DNA of 64,000 bases from Eledone cirrhosa. Lineage: Eukaryota. This document shows positions 23,234 through 35,379 of the stretch, piece after piece. The notes under the pieces are model-generated. The model was not told the DNA's origin and did not search any database. It saw only the letters and a program-made list of their open reading frames with translations. Within the stretch, counting starts at the first letter, position 1. Each line of letters begins with the position of its first letter. The position numbers were made by a program, and so were the translations under genes. The stretch is from contig OZ024742.1 in NCBI GenBank assembly GCA_964016885.1, forward strand, positions 89,714,001 through 89,778,000, in the 5' to 3' direction.

Positions 23234-23377
23234 TTATTGCTTTTGAAAACAGCTGGTGATATGCATGTAAGTAAATATTCTCTTTATCTGATAGTTTGTA
23301 AATAACCTTACATAGATCAATTACTGAGTATAGCTACAATGCATTATCATCATCTAGAAACGATTGTAAAGCAGTGA
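23234..23377 (+). ncRNA. Hammerhead, U3-A8 variant with ~107-nt stem II
   Basis: 9-bp stem I ttattgctt/aagcagtga; TTGAAAA 23243-23249; stem II tggtgat/atcatca and atgcat/atgcat; GAAAC GATT GTA. Confidence 0.7.
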
Positions 23378-23427
23378 TGTACATCTCTAATAAGTTGATT
23401 TTTTATTTCATTGTTTTAACTTATATT

Positions 23428-23459
<32 letters not shown>

Positions 23460-23639
23460 AAATATAAAACGAAATATCAGTGATGCATCCGAAGGATCTA
23501 TGGGGTAACACTACGCGATAGAGTGGTGCGTAGTTCGTATGTCACCAAGTCACTCAAGCTGGAGCTACTACTTCTCCGAATATATGGTTAGAATGTCTTA
23601 GGAAAGAATCGCTGGGAAGATTTTATGGAAGTGGTTAAA

Positions 23640-24397
23640 AAGAAGAGACATTAAAAAAGCTACAGAAGGAATGCTAATGGCTGCGCAAGATCAAGCCCTC
23701 CGAACGAAATGGGTGAAACACCATATTGACAAAGAGGAGACTAGCCCACTGTGTAGGATCTATGTAGAGAGAGAGGAGACTGTGGCTCACATTGTATCCG
23801 AGTGAAAACACCTAGCCAAGACTCATTATAAAGGCTGGAGACATGATGTGATAGGCAGGGTGATCAACTGGCATCTATGCAAAGTAAACAATTTACCACA
23901 TTCTGAGAAGTGGTATGAGCATAAGCCAGAGTCGGTGATAGAAAACTACCAGGTGAAGGTGCTATGGAACTTAGGATACAGACGGACAAGAAATTAGCAC
24001 ACAATAGGCCTAACCAGGTGGTTTTGAACAAGGAAAAAGGATCGTGCCTTATTATAGATGTAGCCTGCCCATTTGACACGAGAGTGCATGAAAAGGAGAG
24101 GGAGAAAATTAACCGATACCAGGATTGAAAGTGGGAGTTTAAAAGGATTTGGAACTGCCATGAAATCAAGGTCGTCCCGATTGTCATAGGCGCACTAGGT
24201 ACTATCTCAAAGAGTTTCCAAGGATGGTTAAAGAAGATTAGCCAAGCCCCGCTTTTTGGAACACTTCAAAAGGCATGCTTTCTGGGAACAGCAAGAACCC
24301 TCCGATACGTCCTGATTATCTGAGGCTGAAGGTAGCGGCTTGATATTCATTTCAACAAACTTTCCAGTTAAATAACATCAATGACTGAGACTCAAAG
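23640..24397 (+). mobile_element. 3' end of an R4/Dong-like non-LTR retrotransposon (RLE type), decayed
   Basis: TEGMLMAAQDQALRT, CCHC-type knuckle, RHD, HNRP, IIDVACPFD, PIVIGALG, LQKACFLGTARTLR; followed by (AAT)n. Confidence 0.9.
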
Positions 24398-24406
24398 AAC
24401 AACAAC

Positions 24407-24477
<71 letters not shown>

Positions 24478-24494
24478 TAATAATAATAATAATT

Positions 24495-24640
24495 TTTTGG
24501 AACGCTTCAAAAGGCATGCTTGCTTGGAACAGCAAGAACCCTCCGATACGTCCTGAATATCTGAGGCTGCAGGTAGTGGCTTGATATTCAATCCAACGGA
24601 CTTTCCAGTTAACCAACATCAATGACTGAGATTCAAGGAA
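24495..24640 (+). mobile_element. Second short 3' end of the same R4/Dong-like family inside (AAT)n
   Basis: Repeats 24253-24397; flanked by AAT repeats. Confidence 0.85.
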
Positions 24641-24999
24641 TAACAATAACAATAATAATAATAATAATAATAATAATAGGGAAGAAGAAATAGGGAAGAA
24701 GAAATAGGGAAGAAATAGGGAAGAAGACGCACATGGTGGATAGAAAGTCGTGAAATCGCTCCCGTAAGTTTTGATTTTTAACATATTTAAATCAATTGTG
24801 AAATAACAATTCTTAGTACAAATGATATATAAAACATTCGGCTTGAGTCCCAAAAAAATTCGGATCCATAATATATTGTTATATCGCTCAAATATTCAAT
24901 TTTGTATTATACATTTTATATTCAAAAAAGAAAATGGTTATAAATGGAAGAAAACCCTCTCTGTCTACACTATATAGAACAGCCAAATAACAGCAATTT

Positions 25000-25790
25000 C
25001 ACCAACACCAGAAACTAGATACACCACCTACTCCATCACCCCTCTGTGTACACTAAACACATCAACCAGATAACGGCAATTTCACCACCACCACCACAAC
25101 CAATCTCAGCATAATAATAGTAATTACTATTATTATTGTCTCAAGTTTTAACAAAATGTTTAATTCCAATATTAAGAAAATATGTCAACACTTATACGCG
25201 ACTAACCCCATAGATTCACCGATCAAACAAAAATACAGTTTATTCAACAAAACTCAGTAACGCCATCACTACAGTCACCGCTACCGCCGCCCATCCATCA
25301 TTACTACCACTATCCCATCACCGCCGCCACCACTCCTTCATTGCTACCACTGCTATCCCCCCATTACCTTCTGTTAACTTACGAAAGGGGAAGATGGCGG
25401 TATCACTAGACAATTAATAAACAAGATTAATATTTAATTTTGGATCAGGAATGTTAGAGTCAAAAAGGAGAAAAATGACAAAATGACTAAATAACTAAAT
25501 ATAATTTCACCACCAACACCACCACCACTACCACGATGAAAACTCTGGTTAAGTTGACTCAACCGCTATTTCTACTCCAACTTCAACACCATCACTACAG
25601 TAATACGATCACATCACCACCACCACTGCCTAATAATGATTTATCGCTACCGCCGCTATTCTCTCCCACTACCTCCTGCTAGTTGCTGCTAGCACAGCAC
25701 CACCACCACCACCACCACCACCACTGCCTCATTATCACTAACGCCGCTATTATCTCCCGCTACCCCCTGCTACATCGTAGAAACCCCACT
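25000..25790. repeat. Low-complexity (ACC/ACT/GCC)-rich decayed simple repeat
   Basis: Recurrent caccaccac, actacc and ccgccgctatt motifs. Confidence 0.7.
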
Positions 25791-26549
25791 AAAAGAGGAA
25801 GGCATCAAAATATATAAATAGACTGAATTGATGACCCGGTCAAAATCAAAAAAACAAAAATCAAAATCAAAGCAGCACAGCAACAACGAAAAACGTAAAG
25901 AAAATAAGAATGAAGAGAAAAACAAAAAGACGGACAGAGAAGGGAAGGGAAAAACTAAGTCAGACATTCAAACACTACATTACAATGAAACTTATGCTTA
26001 TTCATTTTTGGGGGTTTTTTACCTGTTTGTTTGTTTGTTTATTTATGTTCGTCTACAGCGTGATAATGCCACACAAAGATCACGTGGAGTGACAGAACCA
26101 CCGGAGACGATGAAATCACCGGTGGTTATGTAACCATACATTCGCGAATCATTCGCAGACATTTCAAACTGGGTCATGCCTCGACTTCATTGAGTTCTGG
26201 GATTGCATAAAGAATTACAGTCGTAGTCTTCTCATTGATGTGCGACAGCGAAAGACAGAATATGCCATCCCTTAGCATGCGCCCTCTTCTTGATATCTTA
26301 GCATTTTGGCGTTTGGTGAAGGATGCTAGATAGCTGTATTTTATCAGCAGATTTTCAAACTCTTTGGCGCTGTGTTGGTTTGGTCTATAACTACACTGTG
26401 TCGCTTTCTTATCCGGGAATCCACGTTGGGTACATAGGCTGTTTTTGCTCATATGGGTAGGGCTGACGCGTAGTGCATATCACCATGTTGCTGAATTTTT
26501 TTATACAAAGATTGCTTTTATGTGTGATAATTTTGGACATCTAGTAAGG

Positions 26550-27705
26550 AATGAAACTTGATGTTGACGGGATGCTTAATCTTGTGAACCCTATTGACAT
26601 TCTTGTGCATTCTGCAAGATTGGCAGGTAAGTATTCATATATGTGGTTGCTGAATAAACTTGGCAATTATCACAGTCTCGAATTCTGTTTGTAGATATAG
26701 GTCTCAGACTAGAAAGTTTACATTGATTGCACGGGATGATTTAGTAAGTTGAAACAGAAAGATTCTCGTTTGCGTAGTGTCCTGTCTCATCAATCAGCTA
26801 TTTCGTATTGAAATTATGTCCGAAATATCTGAGAAATAGCAATTGAACTTAATCGTCTGCATGAACATCTGTGATCTCGCCTTGGCATGATATGAATTCA
26901 GAAATAAGCCTAAGATTCCATATGCAAACAGATATACACAGCTACCGTGTTTATGTATATACGCTGAGACAGACACATATATGCACACACATAACGTGTA
27001 AAGCGCTGTGTATATGTGTGCAAAACATAAAAACATCAGTAAAACATAGACTTGCTGACAAGCAATAATTGAAATATTGAAAATTGATTATTGTTTCGAT
27101 GTTAAACTCTACTATGAACACCCTTCTCTAGCATACGATATATATACAGGAAATCTGGACAGAAGTGAGTAATTCATATTTATTTTCTTCGGTCTCCTCG
27201 ATTCTGTACTGGATATTCGTGCTAAAAGGTTTGGGGTGCTAAGCTGTCAATTACTCACCATCTAGTTATCTGCAAATTCAGGATGCCTAAAATAAAGGTA
27301 ATCTAAAAATTGGTAAGTACAGATCTATCTAGAGCTATAAAGTGGGAAATGCTGGCTGATGTAGAGGTGTCAACCAGGTATGCAGGTGATATTGCATCCA
27401 AATCCAGAGAAGTTCCTGAACAAACTGAGGACCTGGCAGTGTCTATTTCAGCTATTGAATTATGCAGATGAAAGTGGCACTGTGTGTCTCCGGCTGACTA
27501 GATATCTTGGTCATTCAGACATTTAAATGTTCCAATCGAGTAATGAAAGAGTCTGACAAAGCTTGGCTTGGAAATAAGTCTCCCTTTTAATTAAAGATGA
27601 TTCACCCCGTTAATCTTCCCTTGCAAAGTTTACACTAAATGGCTGGCAAAGAGATGTAAAGATATTGTTGCGTCCAAATTAGCTGGCGAACTGTGAGGCT
27701 CATAA
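26550..27705 (+). mobile_element. Decayed RTE-like LINE fragment, inverted homolog of 36230-37715
   Basis: 26780-27590 matches the reverse complement of 36885-37715, and 27600-27700 matches the reverse complement of 36230-36340. Confidence 0.6.
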
Positions 27706-28129
27706 GAGTTATACAGGCCCCTCAGACAATACCCACAAAGAGAAAACGGGCGTGCAGAGTTTGTCAAGGAGACATTCTTTGCTCTCGTGCTCGCGGGTGC
27801 GTTGAAAGGCGATTAAGTAAGTGCGTGTGTAGCATGACCGCGTAGGATTGCCTGATTTGGGGTCTCTGAATGTGTGTATTGGATGTACGGGTGTACTTGC
27901 GTGCGTGTGGGCTGTTAGCTTCGTGTATGGGGTGGGCCTAATTTTCGTGATACTGTGTTTGTGCATCCATCATTGGCTGAATACTAACATAGCAACATCG
28001 TTACTAAGAAGAATACATAGAGGTATGTACCACACCTAAGCAGAACGCGTATGCACGTAGTGCTGTCACCCCATAACCCGCCCCCACCGCCCGCCCCGCG
28101 TCAGAAAGCATACAAAATAACCATTTTTC

Positions 28130-28641
28130 ATATATTTGTAATTTTTCCTCTGCTGCGACCTGTCTGTTTCTTTCTTACTGCTTGCCCTTTCTCTCACCTT
28201 CTTTTTGCACACTCTGCCAGTCACTCTCTCTCAGCTGGCCCCTTCCTCACACTTTCACTCACTCATTCTCTGCTTCTCCCCCTCTTTCACTTCCTCCCGT
28301 TTGACCTGTGTGAAATCCTTTTCTCGCTAACATCTCACCCAGGTCGGATGGTTTGTATCGCTCGTCTATGATTTAACCAAGCTTAAGCTTATAAGATTTC
28401 ACGGACTTGTCTCCTCTCTTCTTATCTTTGCGTTGCCATACCATCTATGTTTGTTTACATGTCTCGCTCGTTTCACCCTATTTTACGTGACCCAATAACT
28501 TTCTTTAGTTATTGCTCACACCAACCAGAGGTATATGATCTTTAAAGCGATGAAATACCAATGAAGGTTGGGAGATCACTGATGAAGGATTAATTTTATT
28601 CATATGTAACCCATGTGTAACCACGCAGCACTCTATTTTTC

Positions 28642-28645
<4 letters not shown>
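28130..28645 (+). mobile_element. Diverged family G copy: CT-rich tract plus kink-turn module
   Basis: Shares tgtctcrctcg, the aataact...agttatt hairpin, ggtatatgat, atcactgatga and catgtgyaacc with 20944-21770. Confidence 0.7.
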
Positions 28646-28674
<29 letters not shown>

Positions 28675-28711
28675 TTTATATATACACACATATATATATA
28701 TATATATGCAT

Positions 28712-30215
<1,504 letters not shown>

Positions 30216-30271
30216 AAAGCGTCTAGGGAAACATTTTTTCTCTCTCTCGATACTTAAACATTCTATATATA

Positions 30272-31190
30272 TATAAGGAAAAAAGATGAAATCTAAAATG
30301 CAACAGGAGTTTTTTTTTTTTTAAATATATATATTTATTAGGTTCCTTTACCGGTTTTGCAGTTCTTCTGCTTTTCAAAAGTATAATTGAGATTGAGGGT
30401 CTGTGGTTTTTTTCACATCTGGTTGGTCTTTGAATGTTACTATGGAAAAAAGTGGCTCGAAATGCCAGGTTTTTAGAAAATTAATTCTAATTTAGAGAAG
30501 AAAGTCTGAATTCTGACACCCCAGCGAACCAGCCATATTCACGGAACCAGAACAAATCTCACAATCCCATTTCTCTTGACCATTATATTTTGTTTGGCAC
30601 AAAATTTTCTAAAAGGCTACAATATAAATTCCCAAATACGGGCGCAAATTTAATGAATTTGTTCACGTGACAGTCATAATTTCATTTATAACCAATCAAA
30701 TTACATTTAAAAAAAGCCTTCGTGAGCCACTTTTTTAAGTAAAAAGAAATTCAAACAAACTGGCGCGAAAGCTGATGTGCTTATTCACGTGACTGCATCA
30801 ACCAACCAAACTTCACTCATATATAAAAAAAACTACCTGAGCCCCCCCCCCCCCCCCCCCCCACCCCTTGTTTGAAGAACTTTGTAACGCGAACTGGTGC
30901 GAAATTTATTATACTTATTCACCAACCAATCAAATTACTTCTCTAAAAACCTGGCATTTCGAGCCACTTTTTTCTATATAAAACAAGTAACATTCAAAGA
31001 CCAACCAGATGTGAGAAAAACCAGAGACCCTCCATCTCAACTCTACTTTTGAAAAGCAGAAGAACTGCGAATCCGGTAAAGGAACCAAATAAATATATAT
31101 ATTTAAAAAAAAAAAAAAACTGCAGTTGCATTTTCGATTTCATCTTTTTTCCTTATACTTTCACTCGTGTAGGACACCTCGGTTATTTTT
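30272..31190. mobile_element. Fold-back element (family I): arms 30272-30478 / 30941-31157
   Basis: Arms are reverse complements, each with a hammerhead (30346-30381 minus, 31046-31081 plus). Confidence 0.8.
31046..31081 (+). ncRNA. Minimal hammerhead, U3-A8 variant (mirror at 30346-30381)
   Basis: ctt TTGAAAA gcag aagaa ctgc GAAT CCG GTA aag; the mirror reads AAAAC CG GTA; consensus GAAACCGGTA. Confidence 0.65.
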
Positions 31191-31212
31191 CATTTTGTAA
31201 AAAAAACCTCAC

Positions 31213-31245
<33 letters not shown>

Positions 31246-31333
31246 ATGGAAAATTTGAACAGGAACAAAACAGAGAGGCCGTTCAACGAATGTTTATTAA
31301 TTTCTAGCTCTGGAGAGTGGGGTGGTGGTGGGG

Positions 31334-31367
31334 AACGACGTTTCGGGCATAAGCCCTTCTTCAGGTG
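31334..31367 (-). ncRNA. Minimal PLE hammerhead
   Basis: Minus strand: cac CTGAAGA a gggc ttat gccc GAAAC GTC gtt. Confidence 0.7.
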
Positions 31368-32779
31368 AAAAGTGTGTGGGAAGAGAGTTCAAAGGGTGTG
31401 TAGGGGAGTGGTGGAGAGACATATAGCGAAAAGGGGGTGGGAGGAAACGGTGCGAATGAAATTAAAAATAAAAGCATGATCAAAATAAAATAAAATTAAA
31501 ATGGGGTAAAACAGGTGGTGGAAGGGTGTGGGGTGTGTAGGGTGGTGGCGGGTGGAGTGGGGAGAGGGAGACGGGTGTCCGAGCGGGGAGGGCTGAAGGT
31601 GGTGTGTGTGTGTATGTGTACGTGTGTGTGTGTGTGTGTGTGTATGTGAAAGCAAGGGTAGGGGGAAGAACGGGGTTGCATGTTCAGGAAGAGGTGTGTG
31701 TGGGGTGGGGTGTAGGTCGGAGTGTGTGTGAGCGTGTGGATAGAGGGGTGGGGGGAGAGGAATCCGGAGGCTGAAGGTGTAAATATGTGGTGGAAAGCAC
31801 GTGTGTGTGGGGTATAAATGTGTTGTGGGTGTAGGTGGCGTGTGGGGAAAAATGTCGGGGGTGTGTGTGTGGGTGAGTTATAAAGGTGATTCCGTAAGAA
31901 GATGTGGTTGAAAGGTTGGTAAACTCCTAGGATGGTAGTTGATTCCGCGGTCAAGCTCCACATACGAGTAATCCATGGAGAGATGGTCGGAAGAGGAGAG
32001 ATGTGGGTGCGCGCGCAACAGGAAGTGGTCAAGGCGGTAGGAGTGCTGTGTGTCTGTGTGTGCTGGGAGGTGGTCAGAGGGCATATCAGCAGTTGGGTGG
32101 AATGGTAAAGAGGCGAGGATGGGTAGGTGTGAAAGATGGAGTGAGGAGGGTGTGTGTGTGTATTAGTAGAGGTGTTAGTGGGATGAGTGAGTGTGGAGAA
32201 AGGGTTTGGGTGGAGCGGGGAGAGAAGTGTGTGGGGGTCGATGGAGGGAGTGTGGTGTACTGGTGTGTGTGTAGTTTGATGAAGAGGGTGTTAGTGGGTG
32301 TTAGCATACGGGAGGTGGAGAAAGGGTTGAATGCAGGTGTGAGTGCGGGTTAGTGTTGGTAGGGTGTGTAGAGTTGGTGGTGTACGAGGGTGTGTGGGTA
32401 CGTGTGCGTGGGGTTGGGGGTGTTAGTGATGTTAGTTGCGTGTGGGGTGGGTGGTGTAAGTGAGTGCGTGTGTTCGTGTGCTTGGGGTCAGGGGGTGTTA
32501 GTGATGTTAGTTGCGGGGTGGTGGGATGGATGTGTGGGGGTGAGGGTTAGTGGTGGTAGTAGGGTGTGTGTTTAGTGTGAGCACGTGTATATATATGCCG
32601 GTGGGTGTGTGCGTGTGATAAGGAGGGGGGAGGAGAAGAAGGGAGGGATGTTAGTATGTTAGTTGGGGAAGGGTGGTCGGATGAGAGGCGGAGTGGAGGT
32701 GTTAGTATTGTTATTTGTGGGGTGGGCGGTGAAAAGGAGGGGTGTGTTAGTGGGGGATATGTGTGTGGGGGGGCGAAGG

Positions 32780-34560
32780 CTAAAGGAATAAGGGTGGGGA
32801 CTTCAGGCCGGGGGTAGTGTGGGTCTGTAAGATGAAGATGGTTCTTTGTTCAACTCTGAGGAGATTGGAGGGTGTCCCGTGGCATTGGAGTAGGCCACAG
32901 ACTGTGAGATGGCGTGCGGAATGTCCAGAGGCACCAAAGTGGCGGGCGTTGGGGGAACTACCACCGAGACGAATATTCCGGAGGTGCTCAGTGAATAGGT
33001 CCGCCAGGCGACGTCCCGTCTGTCCGACATAAGTCGGGCTGCACTCCGTGCAGCGAAGTCCGTAGACTAGGTTGGAGGAGGTGCAGTGGAAGGCATGCCG
33101 GACAGAGAGAGAGTGGCCGTTGGGACCCTGGAAGGTGGTGGTGTTGCTGATGTGGGGACAGGTGTTGCAGCGGGGCCTGGAACAGTGAAAGGAACCGGGG
33201 GGGAAAGAGCGTGGGTTGAGGGTAGGGAGCTGTGGACGAGGAGGTTGCGGAGATTGCGTGCGCGTTTGAAGGAGAGGAGTGGTGGGGTTGGGAAGATGTG
33301 GGAGGTGGAGGGGTCGGACTGGAGGCGTCCGAAGAGGCGGCGGATGGTGCGGTGGAGGGGTAAGATGGAGGAGTGGTAGGTGATGGGGAAGGGGAGACGG
33401 TGGGTGTGTGTGCGGTGGCGTGGGGTGAGGGTGGTGGAGCGGTGGACAGCACGGGCGCGGGGGGGAGTTAACCTCTGCGGATGAAATGGCTGACTAGGGA
33501 AAGGGCCTGGGACTCGAAGTCAGCATCTCGGCTACAGAGGCGGCGGATCCTGAGGAGTTGGGAGTAGGGAATAGAGTGTTTAGTGTGTGTGGGGTGGGAA
33601 GAGGTGAAGTCGAGGTAAGAGTGGGAGTCGGTGGGTTTGAAGAAGGCGGAGGTGACGAGGGAGTGGTGGGAGGGGTCGAAGGCGAGGTGGTGAAGTGGAG
33701 GGAAGGGTGGAAGGAGCAGAAGAAGGAGAGAAAGGAGTCGAGCTGTTCTCGGGTGAGGGTAGTGGCTCCGATACAGTCGTCAATGTAACGACCGTACAGT
33801 TCGGGCGTGGGGCCGGTGTACTGGGCAAAGATTTGGGCCTCAACATGGCCAACAAAAAGGTTGGCATAGTTCAGGCCCATTCTTGTACCCATGGCTACCC
33901 CCGTGACCTGTTGGTAAAACTCACCCGAGAAGGAGAAACAATTGAGGGTGAGGACCAGCTCGGCGAGGCGAAGGAGGGTGGGGTGAAGGGAATGGGGGAG
34001 GGGCGAAGGTCGAGGTAGTGTTTGAGGGCGCGTAGGCCGTCGGCGTGGGGGATGACGGTATAGAGGGACTTGATGTCTAGGGTGAAGAGGAAGGGCTGTG
34101 GGCCGGGTGGGTAGGTGAAGGAGTCGAAAAGTCGCAGGGCGTGGTTGGTGTCGGAGGTGTCGGAGGGGAGGGTGGTGACAATGGGGGCGAGGATGGAGTC
34201 GAGAAAGGCGAAGATGAGTTCGGTGGGGCAGTTGCAAGCGGAGACGATGGGGCGGCCGGGGTTGTCGGGTTTGTGGAGTTTGGGGAGGAAGTAGATGGTG
34301 GGGGTGCGGGGGGTGCGGACGATGAGGTGGCAAGCGGTGGGAGGGGGGAAGAGACAAGGTGTTGGATGGTTGAGGAAACTTGTTGTTGGTAGAGGGGTGT
34401 GGGATCGGAGGGTAGAGGGCGGTAGAAGAGGGGGTTACAGAGCTGCCTGAGGGCCTCGGCCGTGTAGAGGTCCGCGCGCCACACCACCACGGAGCCTCCC
34501 TTGTCCGCCGGTTTGATGACGATGTCATCTCGGCTACGGAGGGAGCGGAGAGCGAGGAGT
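32780..34560 (-). pseudogene. Penelope-like RT-GIY-YIG, copy 1 (frameshifts and a ~40-bp deletion)
   Basis: IKPADKGGSVVVW, LDIKSLYT, GVAMGTRMG, YGRYIDD; lacks the VHFLDISV segment present in copies 2 and 3. Confidence 0.9.
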
Positions 34561-34685
34561 TCGTACTCGCACCACCAACAACTCAAACGAAGACGGGTGA
34601 GTTGCATTACGTCGAGTTCTCTCCCTAATATTACATCAAGGTTGACTATACGGAATGACCAGTTCTACCCAGTGGTGAACCAACA

Positions 34686-34733
<48 letters not shown>

Positions 34734-34795
34734 TAGGAAAAGGTATGATCCTTCGTTATATATATATATAGGTAAGTTATTTATTTTGGAAAGCC

Positions 34796-34843
34796 AGATT
34801 CCTGATGATTTCTAAAGAATGAAACAGTTCTAGTCCTGTAGAA

Positions 34844-34846
<3 letters not shown>
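34796..34846 (+). ncRNA. Compact type I hammerhead (copies at 42177-42227 and 49593-49643)
   Basis: agattc CTGATGA t ttc taaa gaa t GAAAC AG ttctagtc CT GTA gaatct; 6-bp stem I, 4-bp stem III. Confidence 0.8.
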
Positions 34847-34874
<28 letters not shown>

Positions 34875-35379
34875 CGCGTGTCTGTGTATGCAATGTGTAT
34901 GTTATATATGTATATATGTAGTTTTCCTATGTATTTATGTTCGATGTTATATATTTGTTTTGTTTTATCGTGTATAAATATAAATCTGCCTAAGTATTGC
35001 TGAATGATGTATGAGTATGTAAGTAATAGAATGTTTGTGCCTATTCGGAATTAGATGTACTTCCCTTTTTTATTGTGTATTTCTCTTTGTTTTTATATTC
35101 TTCTCTGTGTTTGCGCTCGTTTGCGTTTCTTTGTATTTTCTTCCTTCGATTAATGGCTGTAAATGAATTCTCTATATTGATTTGTATAAGAAAAAATGTT
35201 TCTTCATCTTCTTCACTCATATATCCATGGTGACATCATGCAGGTAGTATCTTCAAACACTTTCCGGGGTCCAAAAAGTTGCAAACATTTTCACGTGATC
35301 CAGCTAGATTCCCATGTGAAACTACGCGATCTCATGAATACTATCAAAACATCTTGCTTGAGGTCTACCTCTGGATCAC

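Larger units (their letters stand above)
19066..23426 (+). mobile_element. 5'-truncated Naiad-like Penelope element with inverted pLTR copy (19066-19585 vs 23105-23426), interrupted by microsatellite and two nested elements (20560-22566)
   Basis: Long inverted repeat; GIY-YIG fragment in between; hammerheads in both arms. Confidence 0.75.
31247..34560 (-). mobile_element. 5'-truncated Neptune-like Penelope element with a long C/A-rich 3' region
   Basis: RT plus GIY-YIG; hammerhead near the 3' end; ends at (TA)n. Confidence 0.9.

Noticed and set aside
23803-23805. TGA at the last Cys of the R4-like zinc knuckle as selenocysteine
   Set aside because: The sister copy near 55990 has TGT there, so it is an ordinary nonsense mutation.
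32161-32755. Telomeric (TTAGGG/TTAGG) repeat array
   Set aside because: The recurring word is GTTAGT, irregularly spaced, and not a tandem telomere repeat.
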